DNA of 64,000 bases, taken from IMG/VR virus record IMGVR_UViG_3300005543_000001, positions 4,833-68,832 of that record, one strand, 5' to 3'. The translations under genes and the position numbers were made by a program. Positions 19,211 to 29,669 of the stretch are shown one piece after another. Source of the DNA: a virus (lineage: Duplodnaviria; Caudoviricetes). How positions within the stretch are numbered: position 1 is the stretch's first letter; the number at the start of each line of letters is the position of its first letter. The notes under the pieces were generated by a model. The model worked only from the letters and a program-made list of their open reading frames with translations. It did no database searches and was not told the DNA's origin.

Positions 19211-20980
19211 TTACGCTGTTGCGCTCGCTCCGAAGTAGAAGCCGAACCCAAGCTCGATTCCCTTCTGCACCGTGTTGCCCGAGAGCTGCACGATCAGCCG
19301 GAGGTCAAGTCGCTTCGGGTTCATCGCGTTGATTGACGCGGTCGTCTTCTTCTTCGCCGACGCCGGATCCGACAGAAACGCGTACAGCCCGAGCGAGTCG
19401 ATCAGCGCATTTGCCGCGGCAACGGCGTCCTTCGGCTTACGTGCCGCGTAGTTGACGACGGGCTGATCGTTGGGCACGAGCGGCGCCCCGTCCCAGTCTT
19501 CATTTTCGAAGATGAGCGAAAGGTTGAAGATGATGTTCTGCAGCTTGACGATGTCGCACACGTACCGAAAGCCGGGTGGCTCTTCACCCGTCGGACGGTA
19601 GAACGTGACGACATCGGACAGGCAGACGATCCCGTCCTTGATCTCGATCGTCGACGAGCCGTTCTTCACGGCCATGTCTCGCGTCCGATAGTCCCACTGT
19701 GCACCGTCGGGCCCGGGCGTCAGCCCCGTCAGGCGCTGCGAACCATAGTCGCGCGGGGGATTGTTGTTCGCGATCCGTGCGATGCGCGCGAGCGCCCGCG
19801 CAGCAACCACGACGGGGAGATCTTCGGCCCCTGGCGACACGATCTGCGCATTGACCCGATCCGTGCGTCGACCTGCCGAGACGGCGGTGGCTTCGGCGAC
19901 CGCGGCCGCTGTCGTCCCGACGAACGACACAAAGGGCTTGCGGACAAGCTCGCCCCATCGCTGCTCGCCAAAGGTGGCGAGCTCGTCGAGCGCCTCCGTG
20001 TCGGTGACGTCGAGGCCATTCAGGACGAGGGTCTCCCACACGTCCACGATTTGCCCGAGCGCACTCGCCACCGAGGGGTTCCCCGCCCCGCCCGACGGCT
20101 GCGTGAAGGCGAAGGAGACGCCGTAGGACTCCCCTTCCACCGACAAGCGGATGGCATTGGCGCTCGAGCCTTTCCACTTCGAGGTGAGCTCGAGCTTCGT
20201 CGCAGGGACTTCGATCGTGAAGTTGTCCCCGACCGCGAAGTCCGTCGTGCCATCGGTGACCGTGAACTGCAGCCCCGCCGCATCGACCTCGGTTGTTCCG
20301 CCAGGCGCAGGCGTCAGCGTGACCGACGAGACCGCAATCCCGTCCGGGTCGCTCAGTACGAACTTCCCCCCGTCCGAGATAGCTCCGGTCACAGCCAGCT
20401 TGTAGGAGCCAGGGCGGGGCGTACCTGCGACCGACAGCGCAGTTACGGTGCCGTTCCCCGTGTTGGTACCTGGCGTGGAAGCTGCCGCTCCGTAGGTCGG
20501 CAGGACCGTCACAGGCATCTCCAGCACCGACTGAATCGCGACCATCACCGATCCCAGAATGTCCGAGACCGACGCCCCTACAGGGATCGTGAAGCTCGAC
20601 GAACGAATCCCGCCAACCTTCACGCGATAGCTGGCCGCGCGGGTCTGGGTTCCGATGGCCGTGATGTCTCCGGTGGCTTCGGTCGCGCCGGCTGCTTGCT
20701 GCAGTGGGTAGATCGTCACGGGCACCGTACCGACCCCGTCGCCATTGATCGGCTGCAGCTGAAGCATCGCGAGGTGCGCGGGTGAGCCGTACCCGACCTT
20801 GCTCCCCACCTCGCCGGCGGTGCGCGCCGCGAACTTCGTCGAGCCATAGGCTGCGTCGGTTGCGCCCTGCGCGAGCACGGCAATCCGCTGCGGCAGGTAG
20901 AGCACCGCGCCTTCGCGCAAGTCCTTGTAGGTCGTCTCAATGCCGAGCACACGGGCAACGGCGGATGCGTCGATGGTCAT
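19211..20980 (-). CDS. Tail sheath protein (Mu gpL-like) with inserted domain
   Basis: YGYGSPAHLA-like N-terminus, NPKRLDL C-terminus, size, position. Confidence 0.92.
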   Translation of the reverse strand: MTIDASAVARVLGIETTYKDLREGAVLYLPQRIAVLAQGATDAAYGSTKFAARTAGEVGSKVGYGSPAHLAMLQLQPINGDGVGTVPVTIYPLQQAAGATEATGDITAIGTQTRAASYRVKVGGIRSSSFTIPVGASVSDILGSVMVAIQSVLEMPVTVLPTYGAAASTPGTNTGNGTVTALSVAGTPRPGSYKLAVTGAISDGGKFVLSDPDGIAVSSVTLTPAPGGTTEVDAAGLQFTVTDGTTDFAVGDNFTIEVPATKLELTSKWKGSSANAIRLSVEGESYGVSFAFTQPSGGAGNPSVASALGQIVDVWETLVLNGLDVTDTEALDELATFGEQRWGELVRKPFVSFVGTTAAAVAEATAVSAGRRTDRVNAQIVSPGAEDLPVVVAARALARIARIANNNPPRDYGSQRLTGLTPGPDGAQWDYRTRDMAVKNGSSTIEIKDGIVCLSDVVTFYRPTGEEPPGFRYVCDIVKLQNIIFNLSLIFENEDWDGAPLVPNDQPVVNYAARKPKDAVAAANALIDSLGLYAFLSDPASAKKKTTASINAMNPKRLDLRLIVQLSGNTVQKGIELGFGFYFGASATA

Positions 20981-20984
20981 GGGT

Positions 20985-21671
20985 TCAGACTCCCGGGAAG
21001 GTCGCGGTGAAATAGGAAAGCTCGCCGTCCGGCGCGCGTCGCACGTTGAGGGAGAGCAGTTCTAGCGGCTCGCCGCGGACCTGCGGCGAGTACTCGGAAT
21101 GGTCGACGGTGAGCGTGATCCGCGCTGCGCCGACCCGCTGCACCTGCAGCGCGTCGAGCTGCGGGTCCATCGTCTCGATCGAGGCGATCCAGCGTCCGCC
21201 GACCGTGCCGCGCAGCCCGAGATAGGTGTACTCGGCACTCATCAAGTAGTTCCGGACGAGCCGGATGACCCGCTGCACCTCGAGGGCGGCGAGCTCGTCG
21301 CCTGGACGGTGCCCGCCTCCGGGGACGTCCTGGCTCACTGCAACTGCGTAGCAGTCGATGAAGTAGGTCGAGTCCGCGCGTTGGCGCTCGACCACGTTGG
21401 ACGACGACTTGATATAGGTCGAGCCCGAGTAGCTGACGTTCACGATGGGACGAGGCGGATCCTCCCCTTCGACCAGGTCGACGAACTCGCCGAAGGGGTT
21501 GGTCCGCTCGGTGTACACGCGCAGATCCCAAGGCGTCGGGTCGCGTGCGGCCGCGGTGGCAAGAAACTGCTGCTGCTCGGTCTCGATCAGGAGCAGCGCC
21601 CCGATCTGATCTCGCACCAGCTCGAACACGTCGACCTTGTCGACGAGCTCGGTCAGCTTGGGAGCGAGCAT
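20985..21671 (-). CDS. Tail terminator/completion-like protein
   Basis: Position before sheath; acidic 228 aa. Confidence 0.6.
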   Translation of the reverse strand: MLAPKLTELVDKVDVFELVRDQIGALLLIETEQQQFLATAAARDPTPWDLRVYTERTNPFGEFVDLVEGEDPPRPIVNVSYSGSTYIKSSSNVVERQRADSTYFIDCYAVAVSQDVPGGGHRPGDELAALEVQRVIRLVRNYLMSAEYTYLGLRGTVGGRWIASIETMDPQLDALQVQRVGAARITLTVDHSEYSPQVRGEPLELLSLNVRRAPDGELSYFTATFPGV

Positions 21672-22054
21672 CAGCTCACCCCGCTCTTATAGACTTCGCC
21701 GACGCACCTGACGCTCCCAAGGTCGTTGTCTGGCAGGACCTCGATCACCTTGTACGTGCGCTCGATACCGTGCGCGTCTGCGAAGCGGACGGTCCACGGC
21801 TTAGACGACCCCTCCGAGACAGCACGCACTTCGCCGAGCGGTGCGAGCACCGCGGGCAAGAGCTGCACCGTCACGCGCCGCCCCATGATTCCCAATCCCG
21901 TCTCCGGGTCCACGACCTCGCCGACGTCCGACGCCAACCCGGCAAGCGTCACGCTCACGCCGGCGGGATTGGTCACGGTGATCGCGGTCGCGAACGCCGT
22001 CACATCGGAAAGGATCGCCGCGTGGTCGGCGATCGCGAGTAGGCGCAGGCTCAC
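21671..22054 (-). CDS. Head-tail joining protein (FII-like)
   Basis: Small beta protein in neck region. Confidence 0.6.
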   Translation of the reverse strand: MSLRLLAIADHAAILSDVTAFATAITVTNPAGVSVTLAGLASDVGEVVDPETGLGIMGRRVTVQLLPAVLAPLGEVRAVSEGSSKPWTVRFADAHGIERTYKVIEVLPDNDLGSVRCVGEVYKSGVS

Positions 22055-22573
22055 TCACCCGGTGGGCGAGGACGTGCCGCCACCAGGCGACTGTCCGGAC
22101 TCAGCGGGCTGCGCAGGCTCGCTGGACTTCTTGTCGGTCTTGACGACGTACCCGAGCTTCTCGAGCTCCGTGAGCCGCTCGGCCCCGCCCGCGACGTCCT
22201 TCTCGCTGATCTCTGCGCCCGCGTCGAGTAGGTCGCCGCGATTCCCCGTGAGCGACTTTCCAGGCGCAACACGATAGCCACTCGTCGAGGCCTCGGGCTT
22301 ACCCTTGGCCGCGACTTGCCCGGGGATGGGCGCGATCTCGCCAGGCTCCGAGCCTGGAAGGGATTTTGACTGAGCCGGATCGGTCGTCTGCGCGCCGCCC
22401 GACGTCCCCTGCGTGCCGCCCCCGTCGCGCTCGGCCTTGAGCTTCTGCAGCGCGGCGAGCGTGTCTTCGAGCTGCTGCGTGCCCTGGTTTGTCAGGTCGG
22501 GCGCGGAGATCTGCAGGGTTCCCGCGAGCTGATTGATCTGATCGACCAACTGCTTGTCTTGCTTGTTTGCCAT
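22055..22573 (-). CDS. Hypothetical protein downstream of capsid gene
   Basis: Low-complexity linkers; YRVAPGKSL...LEKLGYV. Confidence 0.6.
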   Translation of the reverse strand: MANKQDKQLVDQINQLAGTLQISAPDLTNQGTQQLEDTLAALQKLKAERDGGGTQGTSGGAQTTDPAQSKSLPGSEPGEIAPIPGQVAAKGKPEASTSGYRVAPGKSLTGNRGDLLDAGAEISEKDVAGGAERLTELEKLGYVVKTDKKSSEPAQPAESGQSPGGGTSSPTG

Positions 22574-22582
22574 GGTCTCGCC

Positions 22583-23662
22583 TTACACCCTTGTCTTGAG
22601 GCAACCGAACGTGTCGATCGCAGTTGGGATCGTGAGGGGGCGAGTGCCCGCCTCAAGCTTCAAGTGCTTGCCGTCGGGCGTGAAGTAGGCGTTGACGGTC
22701 AGGTCCAGCTTCGAAGCGCCGTCGGAGATGCGGGGCGGAAGGAACTCGAGCGCAGACGCGATCGGCGGACGAAGCAGCGGGATGCCGCCCCACGTGAGAT
22801 CGAGTCGCGTCCCTTCGGACAGCATGATCACGCTGTCTGTGTTGACGTACTCCTTGACGGTGCTCGTCTGCGGGTCGACGTAGGTTCCGTCGTAGACGTA
22901 CAACTCGTACTCGTAGTTATCCAGGAAGATGGTTCCTTTATAGGAACCTCCACCCGGAACTTGCCGCGGCTCGATATTGCCGACGTTGATCCGCAGGAGA
23001 TTGAAGAGCTTCTGGACTGCGTCCTTCCCGAAGAAGTCGCGCCAAGCACGCTTTCCGAAGATCAGCCGGTTCGGCAGGCCGCGACCGTTGCGCCGCACCT
23101 GGTCCGCTAGCGACTGAATGTCTGCGAGAGGATTGTCTGAACCGCCGCCCCAATCCGAGCTGGCAGTCGGGAAGTGCGCGGTCCGCGGCCCGAAGTCGAG
23201 CACGAAGAGCGGTCTCCCCGCGTTGTCAGTCAGGGTCAGCTTTCCGGTCTGCAGCACCTGCGCAGCCATGAGCTCGACCGAGCGACGGATCTTCATCTCG
23301 AGCTTACGAAACACCTGGAAGGCCTGCTCCGTGGCATTCGCTAGGTAGTTCGGATCGGTGAAGATGTCCTGCCCCGGCATGCGCCGAATCATGTCGTAGG
23401 ACGTGATCGTCGCAGACTCATCGAAGACGGGCGGCGTGAAGCCTTTGTTCTGCCAAAGCGTGAGCTCGTTCTCGCGCGTCCCGGCACTCAAGTCCTGCAC
23501 GACGATTGCGACCTCTTCCGAATCGCGCATGATGTCGAGCGACACCATCTCCGACGTGTGGAAGTTCTGCGGCGGGCTATCGAAGAAGCTCGTCAGGAAT
23601 AGGACCGGGCTCGCCCGCTCCACATACATCCTGATCAGGTGCTGTGTTGATTCGGTGCTCAT
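22583..23662 (-). CDS. Major capsid protein E (lambda-like)
   Basis: 359 aa; IRRSVELMAAQVLQTGK; follows decoration protein. Confidence 0.92.
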   Translation of the reverse strand: MSTESTQHLIRMYVERASPVLFLTSFFDSPPQNFHTSEMVSLDIMRDSEEVAIVVQDLSAGTRENELTLWQNKGFTPPVFDESATITSYDMIRRMPGQDIFTDPNYLANATEQAFQVFRKLEMKIRRSVELMAAQVLQTGKLTLTDNAGRPLFVLDFGPRTAHFPTASSDWGGGSDNPLADIQSLADQVRRNGRGLPNRLIFGKRAWRDFFGKDAVQKLFNLLRINVGNIEPRQVPGGGSYKGTIFLDNYEYELYVYDGTYVDPQTSTVKEYVNTDSVIMLSEGTRLDLTWGGIPLLRPPIASALEFLPPRISDGASKLDLTVNAYFTPDGKHLKLEAGTRPLTIPTAIDTFGCLKTRV

Positions 23663-23763
23663 GTCTAGACCTCCTGCGGACGCACCGAACCGAGCACGCG
23701 CGCTGAACCAGTTCAGCGAAGCGCGACGTTGGTCGCCGACGGACTTCGAAGTGGAAGGGTGGG

Positions 23764-24159
23764 TTAGGCCGTCTGCCCGACTTGCTGCACATCGACCGGC
23801 GTGATGCCGTAGTTGCGAAGCTGGTCGAGAATGGCAGGGGTGAGGTTGTTACCGTTGCCGTCGGCTGCGATGATCAATCGATTACGGTTGACCTCGCCCT
23901 TGATAAGCGGTCGCGCCAGGACATCGCCTGCGCCGACTGCGACGACGTCATAGGTCAACACCGCGACCGGCTTCTCGCTCCCGTCGCTCGCGCCCGTGGC
24001 GAATGCCTTGAGCTTGCCACCCGCGGTGACGCGGCCAAGGAGAGTCCCCTTGAGGAGCGTCGCCGCTGCCGCAAAGGTGATCACCTCATCGCGGAACTGC
24101 TCATCCTTGAGGGCGATCGACCCGCCGTACCGGATCGTGGTCGTTTCGATGGTTGCCAT
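23764..24159 (-). CDS. Head decoration protein (lambda gpD-like)
   Basis: LKGTLLGRVTAGGK...DGSEKPVAVL. Confidence 0.85.
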   Translation of the reverse strand: MATIETTTIRYGGSIALKDEQFRDEVITFAAAATLLKGTLLGRVTAGGKLKAFATGASDGSEKPVAVLTYDVVAVGAGDVLARPLIKGEVNRNRLIIAADGNGNNLTPAILDQLRNYGITPVDVQQVGQTA

Positions 24160-25508
24160 TAGCGTCCCGCCTTCCCCTGCCGCGCCCGAAGAATATCGAC
24201 GACCTTGTCGCCGAGATCGGGCACGACCGCTGATGCACCCGCCGGTGCACTCGTGCTTGTCTGATGCGCTGCCGGCGCGCTCGGCGGAGGTGGCGGCGTG
24301 ATCTGCGCCGGCGCATCGACTGCGCTGCCGGTCTGGCGATCGTCGCTCTGCCGCACGGCGCGATCGCGCGCGTTCAGTGCGAGCGCGGTGTAGCGTGCGC
24401 TCGCGGTCATGTTCAACGGCGCTCCGCTCTCGATCGCCTGATAGGCAATTGTCAGGCCCTCTTCGCCACCCGTGCGACCGAGGGTCAGATGAGCGCCAAC
24501 GCGGTCGCGTTCGGCCGCTTCGCCTTCCGCGAAGGCAGCCTGATACACGTCAGGGTGCTGTGATTTCAATGTGCGCAGATCCATCGTGATCTCCTGTCTC
24601 TGGTCGTCGACGGCGCTCTGCGCCCCGATCGTCTGTTGGGTCATGAGCGGCTCAAGGGCAGCAGCGATCTGGAGAGCGCGCGGCGTTTCGATCGATAGTG
24701 ATACATTGGGCGCCTGCTCGGCAGCAGGAGCGACCCCGACAGCGCGCAGCGCGGGCCGAAAAATCGAGTCAATCATGCGGCGCTTCTTTGCATGGGCCGC
24801 GAGCAGCGTTGCGCCGCGCCCAAAATTGTCGCGCACGTCTTCAGCATTCAGTCCGCGACCATGCGCAATGGCGTCGATAAACAACTCGTAGATGGCGTCG
24901 AGCTCGCGCCGCACGACCGCCTTCCCCTCCTCGGTAGTGACGTCGGGGCGCTTGTCAGGACTGTCAGTGTTGGTAATCTCCACGACGTCGTCTTCAACGA
25001 CATAGGTCGCAGCGGCCCCCACTGAACCGAAGCGAGCGCCGATGTTCTGCGCCTCGATCCTGCCGGCGACCGCCGCGATCCCATAAGCCGCGCTCAGCGC
25101 ATTCGCTGCTTTGACGCTGAGTGTCTTGCGCGAGCGCGCCATCTCGAGCGCCGCGAGTGCATCGAAGAGACCATCTACACTGCCACCCGGGCTATCGATC
25201 CACAGTACGATGTCATCGATCGATGGGTCAGCCTGCGCAACCCCCAGGCTCGCAGTGATCTCAGCATAGGTTGTGTTTCCGCCCCCGAAGAAGAACGCGA
25301 TGATGTCGGGGGTCTTCGTCAGGATTCCTTCGATCCGAATTTCGGCCGTCGCACCCGTCATCTTCATGATACCTGGCACATCCGCACGAACCTCTCGCCG
25401 GACGCGCTCCTGAAAGGAGCGTGCCTCCGCGTCACTCGGCCGCATGTGCAGACGACGCGCTTCACGTAGAGTGCGCAGCGCGCCCTCGTCCAATAACCAG
25501 CTCGTCAT
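24159..25508 (-). CDS. S49 head maturation protease with scaffold C-terminus
   Basis: IDSPGGSVDG, SAAYGIA, GSVG motifs. Confidence 0.92.
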   Translation of the reverse strand: MTSWLLDEGALRTLREARRLHMRPSDAEARSFQERVRREVRADVPGIMKMTGATAEIRIEGILTKTPDIIAFFFGGGNTTYAEITASLGVAQADPSIDDIVLWIDSPGGSVDGLFDALAALEMARSRKTLSVKAANALSAAYGIAAVAGRIEAQNIGARFGSVGAAATYVVEDDVVEITNTDSPDKRPDVTTEEGKAVVRRELDAIYELFIDAIAHGRGLNAEDVRDNFGRGATLLAAHAKKRRMIDSIFRPALRAVGVAPAAEQAPNVSLSIETPRALQIAAALEPLMTQQTIGAQSAVDDQRQEITMDLRTLKSQHPDVYQAAFAEGEAAERDRVGAHLTLGRTGGEEGLTIAYQAIESGAPLNMTASARYTALALNARDRAVRQSDDRQTGSAVDAPAQITPPPPPSAPAAHQTSTSAPAGASAVVPDLGDKVVDILRARQGKAGR

Positions 25509-25528
25509 GAAATGCCCCGCTCTGGGTG

Positions 25529-27214
25529 TTAGGAGACGACGCGAAGCGAAGACATGCTGGCGTCTTCTTCTTCGCCGCCTTTGCCTTCGTCCGCGTCGTC
25601 ATCGGGAGAGGGTGCTGCAGGCGCGAACGACGTATCGAACTGCTGCATGGGGACACGCGCACGCGCCAGCGCCTCGTTCTCCAGGCGCAGCTTCTTCACG
25701 TTCTGAGAGAACTTCGTGCCCGTCAGCTCTCGCGTCGCACGGTCACGCGTGATCACGCCCATGGAAATCATCTGGTCGTAGGCCTTGGCCTGCTTGAGCA
25801 TGTCCATGGCGGGCTTGATGTTGCCCGACCAGTCCGCTGAGACCCACGACGCGAAGAGGTCGTAGAGCCGCACGTCTCGCCATGCGTCCAAGAGGCCGGG
25901 CGCCGTCACCTTGCCGGTGAGCGCCATCGCGATCAGCCATTCCACGTAGATCGGCTGCGTGAAGCTGCAGCCGAAGAACACGCGCACCTTATTCAGGTAG
26001 ATCTTGAGCTCGTTGATCGCCGCCTGGCTAGCGGAGTAGTTCGAGCTGAACGCCAGCCGCAGGATCTCGGGGGGGATCTCGAAGGACCACGCGATGGTCT
26101 GGATGAGCGCCTCTTCGAACTCCCCGAACTTCGCATCCGTACCGTTTGGCGCGAACCCCTGCGGCTCTTCCCCGTAGGCGAGCTCGTCGAGGACCAGGCC
26201 GGGAATCATCTCGGCGACGTTGAAACGCCGGGGCGGCTGGCCGGCCGCGTCCGGAGTTTCGACGGTCCCGCGGCGGGTGGCACCGGAGAGCATGGGGCGA
26301 CTGCCAGTCCCTGCCTTTTCGGTCTTCTTCACGAACATCGCCAGCATGCTGTTGATCACAGCCTTGCGTTGCGTGGCGTCACGGTAGCGGTCGATCTCGC
26401 GCAGCGACTGCAGAACGAGCGAGAGAACCGGCTTCCCGCGCACGTCGTCGAGCCGCTTCTCCGTCCCGTAGAGCAACCACGCGATGCGCCGCCCTGACTT
26501 CTCGCCGTACGCCGGGAGCCGCTTCGAGGTGCCGTCGCGCTGGGTGACCCAGTAACCGACCGGCCGGTCGAGGGCGTCGAGCTCGACGCCGTGCAGGATG
26601 CGGTGTCCAGTGGCGAGCTTGAAGTCGCCGCTCATGTAGGGGGTCTGCACCATGCCGCCCTTGATCAGCTGCACACGAGGCAGCTGGGTCGGCTGAAACT
26701 GGCGAAGGACGACGAGGACGTCCCCCTCGATCAGAGCCTCCAGCCGCGCCTGCACTTGCAGCGCCCCGAAGGTCTGCTGCTCCATGTGGTCGCAGAGCCA
26801 AGGCTCATCGCCCCACAGCTCGAAGTGCGTCTCGACGTCCTCGGCCCACTCCGCCAACGAGTCCTCAGCCTTGCCGAGTAGCTTCTCGCGCGGTGTGGCT
26901 TCGAGGTGGAGCCCGGTCGTGATCTCGTTCGTCACGAGCCGGCGCAAAAGACCACGTGCGTAGAGGTTCGTCTCAAAGAGCTGGGCCGACCGGGCGCGGA
27001 GCGTCCAGTAGTCCGCCGTGAGCAGTTCGGTCTCGCCGAACCCGCCCTCGAACTTCGAGCCGTTGTCGAACCTCGAGAAGCCGCCGAAGCCAAAGCCGGA
27101 GTAGGGGCCGAGTGCGTCGAGGGTGATTCGCGGCGGCTGCCCGAGTGCCACGTCGATCGCATTGCCGATCCGCTCGCGCGCTTGGGCGAGTCGTCCGCGA
27201 AGTCGATCGAGCAT
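25529..27214 (-). CDS. Portal protein, lambda family
   Basis: LRARSAQLFETN, RGKPVLSLVL, FSSNYSASQAA. Confidence 0.93.
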   Translation of the reverse strand: MLDRLRGRLAQARERIGNAIDVALGQPPRITLDALGPYSGFGFGGFSRFDNGSKFEGGFGETELLTADYWTLRARSAQLFETNLYARGLLRRLVTNEITTGLHLEATPREKLLGKAEDSLAEWAEDVETHFELWGDEPWLCDHMEQQTFGALQVQARLEALIEGDVLVVLRQFQPTQLPRVQLIKGGMVQTPYMSGDFKLATGHRILHGVELDALDRPVGYWVTQRDGTSKRLPAYGEKSGRRIAWLLYGTEKRLDDVRGKPVLSLVLQSLREIDRYRDATQRKAVINSMLAMFVKKTEKAGTGSRPMLSGATRRGTVETPDAAGQPPRRFNVAEMIPGLVLDELAYGEEPQGFAPNGTDAKFGEFEEALIQTIAWSFEIPPEILRLAFSSNYSASQAAINELKIYLNKVRVFFGCSFTQPIYVEWLIAMALTGKVTAPGLLDAWRDVRLYDLFASWVSADWSGNIKPAMDMLKQAKAYDQMISMGVITRDRATRELTGTKFSQNVKKLRLENEALARARVPMQQFDTSFAPAAPSPDDDADEGKGGEEEDASMSSLRVVS

Positions 27215-27224
27215 GGATGGTTCC

Positions 27225-27497
27225 TCAGAAGCCAGGACGGACGTAGAGCGAACGCGGCGACGCATTCAGCGCCCCGAGCAGGTCGAAAAGCTCAGCGTGC
27301 AGCCCGTCACGCCAGGCCCGCAGCGCAGGCAGGCTGGCACGCGTGACCTGCTGTGAGGTCTGTCCGGTGTTGAGCGAGTAGGACTGCGTCGGGTTCGCGA
27401 TGAAGGCGAGCAGGCAGGCATCGAGCGCCGCGAGCTCAGCTTCGATCGCCAGCTGCCGCCGCTTGTAGTGGTCGATCTGCCACTGCTCCAGGTACAT
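27225..27497 (-). CDS. Head-tail joining protein gpW-like
   Basis: QSYSLNTGQTSQQVTRASL; between terL and portal. Confidence 0.75.
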   Translation of the reverse strand: MYLEQWQIDHYKRRQLAIEAELAALDACLLAFIANPTQSYSLNTGQTSQQVTRASLPALRAWRDGLHAELFDLLGALNASPRSLYVRPGF

Positions 27498-27500
27498 GGC

Positions 27501-29510
27501 TCACCCGCTCCCGGTTACGTCCGCCACCATCGCGTCCCAAAAGGCGGGCCAGTTCGTTTGCTCGAGCTCGAGCTGGTCCCGACAGTAGTGCCAGGCGACC
27601 AAGTCCACCGCGGCGTTGCCGTAGACGAGCAAGTCCCAGAGCTCGTTCGCGGCGCCGCTCGGCCGGCGCCATTCCCAGCCGATCCGCTCCCCCGTCCGGG
27701 CATCCACGCGCGCCACCTTCGTCTCGGCCGTCAGTTCGCGCAGCTGCTTGTCGGTCGCGTTCTGGGGTGCGTTGAAGTGACCCACGGGCTGAATGCCAAG
27801 GCTCGGATCCCATTCGACCTTCAGCGCGGCAGACCAGCGGTCCTTGTAGAAGTCGACCGTGATGCCGTACGCGCGCTGCCCGGTCGGCGTCGTGAACTCC
27901 GAAAACTCCTTGTCGCGCTGGTTTCGTGGCGAGACCTCGCGACCCTTGACGGGGAAGACGCCGGACTCGTACTCCGCGCAGAAGCGGTAGACCAGATCGG
28001 TCCGGTAGCCCGAGTCGACCAGCGTGATCCCGAGCGCGTACGCATGCCCGTCGTCGGACTCGTAGCTCTTGTCCTCGATCAGCGAGCGCAGCGCCTTCCA
28101 CGGCGGCGCCTCCATCTGCTCCGTGTCGCCTTCGAAGGTGAAGTAGTCGAGCAGCAGCACACGCCGATCCCGGCACCAGCCCCAGACCGCGACCTTCAGG
28201 TTGTCGCTGTGCACGTCGACGGTTGCGGTCAGGAACAGGACCGGGCTACCGCAGTAGCGCACGCACGTCGTGTTCGGGATCAGGTTCGGGAGCGTCGTCG
28301 GGTCGTCTGACGTGCAGTAGAGGTACCAACTGCGACGATGCCCGCTGACCGCCTCGAAGCGTACTCGTTCGCCGCGGATCTCGAAGGGATCGCCCAGGAC
28401 GTTGTTGTAGAAGACCTGCAGCTGTCGCGTGTCGCGTGGTCGGTTACGCTCGGTGTCCCACGCGTCGAGCCACTTCGCGACGCAGCTCGCCCACGACTGC
28501 ATCCCGACCGGAGAGTAGAGCGCGCTCAGGTGGTAACTGCGAAGGAAGGGCGACGAGGAGACCGCCGTCGGTCGCCACTCCGCACCGTGGGCGGGAGACA
28601 GCAGGCGCGTCTTGTCGTCGTTAGTGTGAGCAGCGTGGCAGTTCGAGCAGCACCAGCGGACCGACTCCTGGACGAGGCGCCCACTCTCGGTCTCCCATAC
28701 GATCCCCGTGATTACTCCGCCCTCCTCAAGGCTTCGCCACCGCAAGCGCTGCGGGAAGCCGCACTTGAGACAGCACACGAAGTAGAAGCGCTGGTCGCCG
28801 GCGGCGAAGCGCTTCTCGATCTTGCTCGACCCCTTCACCGTTGGCGTAGAGATATCGAGGATCTTCCGGCTTAGCTCGTAGGCCGCCGTCCGGTCCCCGA
28901 CCAGTTTGAGCGGGTCGCCATCCTTGCCGACGACGTCAGGCCAGCCGTCGATCTCGTCGCGCAGCAGCATCTGGATAGAGATCGACCTGAGCTTGTTGGC
29001 GGACTGTGCGCCGAACGGAATCAGAAAACCGCCACCCTTCCACTCGAGCTTCTTTTCAGTCTTGCCGCTCTTGCGATGGCTCATCTCATCGTGCGACGTG
29101 ATGAGATGGTCGAGCCCCGAGCTCTGCAGCATCGGGATGACGTAGGAGTCCATGCGAAGCTTCGCGAGTTCGGCATCCGCCGTCACGAGCATGCAGGGGG
29201 CGCACCGGACGTGGTCGATGAAGTACCCGATGGCGTTCTCGAGTACACCGACCGTCGCGCCGATCTGCGCGCCCTTCTGAATCACGACCTCGCGGATGGG
29301 CGAGTCGATGGAGAGGCAGTCGAGGACCTCGCGCAGGTACGGCACGACGTCGAAGCGGTACGGTCCCGGGAGCGACGTCACGCTTGCCGGCAGGTACCGG
29401 CGCTCTTCCGCCCACGCGCTCGGCGCGAGGACAATGTGCTCGCTCGGCAGCTCGTCAAACTGCTGCGCGAGCCATTCGCGCTGCTCTGACGTCGCGAGGA
29501 AGTCGTGCAC
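27501..29510 (-). CDS. Terminase large subunit, GpA family
   Basis: KGAQIGAT Walker A, LLRDEIDGWP Walker B, ISTPTVKG, CLKCG. Confidence 0.95.
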   Translation of the reverse strand: MHDFLATSEQREWLAQQFDELPSEHIVLAPSAWAEERRYLPASVTSLPGPYRFDVVPYLREVLDCLSIDSPIREVVIQKGAQIGATVGVLENAIGYFIDHVRCAPCMLVTADAELAKLRMDSYVIPMLQSSGLDHLITSHDEMSHRKSGKTEKKLEWKGGGFLIPFGAQSANKLRSISIQMLLRDEIDGWPDVVGKDGDPLKLVGDRTAAYELSRKILDISTPTVKGSSKIEKRFAAGDQRFYFVCCLKCGFPQRLRWRSLEEGGVITGIVWETESGRLVQESVRWCCSNCHAAHTNDDKTRLLSPAHGAEWRPTAVSSSPFLRSYHLSALYSPVGMQSWASCVAKWLDAWDTERNRPRDTRQLQVFYNNVLGDPFEIRGERVRFEAVSGHRRSWYLYCTSDDPTTLPNLIPNTTCVRYCGSPVLFLTATVDVHSDNLKVAVWGWCRDRRVLLLDYFTFEGDTEQMEAPPWKALRSLIEDKSYESDDGHAYALGITLVDSGYRTDLVYRFCAEYESGVFPVKGREVSPRNQRDKEFSEFTTPTGQRAYGITVDFYKDRWSAALKVEWDPSLGIQPVGHFNAPQNATDKQLRELTAETKVARVDARTGERIGWEWRRPSGAANELWDLLVYGNAAVDLVAWHYCRDQLELEQTNWPAFWDAMVADVTGSG

Positions 29511-29529
29511 AGGGTACCCCGCTGGAAAG

Positions 29530-29606
29530 TGGTAGCGGCGGCGCGAGTCGAACGCGCTTTCTCCGGGTTATGAGCCCGACGGGATGCCCGGTTCCCCACA
29601 GCCGCA
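29530..29606 (-). tRNA. tRNA-Met(CAT), initiator-like, CCA encoded
   Basis: D stem GGGA/TCCC, anticodon arm TCGGG-CTCATAA-CCCGG, T arm GCGCG-TTCGACT-CGCGC, 1:72 mismatch; one extra bulged T in acceptor stem. Confidence 0.85.
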
Positions 29607-29669
29607 ACAAGGAGTCGTCGTGCGCGCTGTACGCTGGACGTACGGCGTCCCGAATGTCACAGGAGCCTG

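Noticed and set aside
23663-23763. Structured ncRNA between the decoration and capsid genes
   Set aside because: Only two short GC hairpins, expected by chance or as simple expression tuning.
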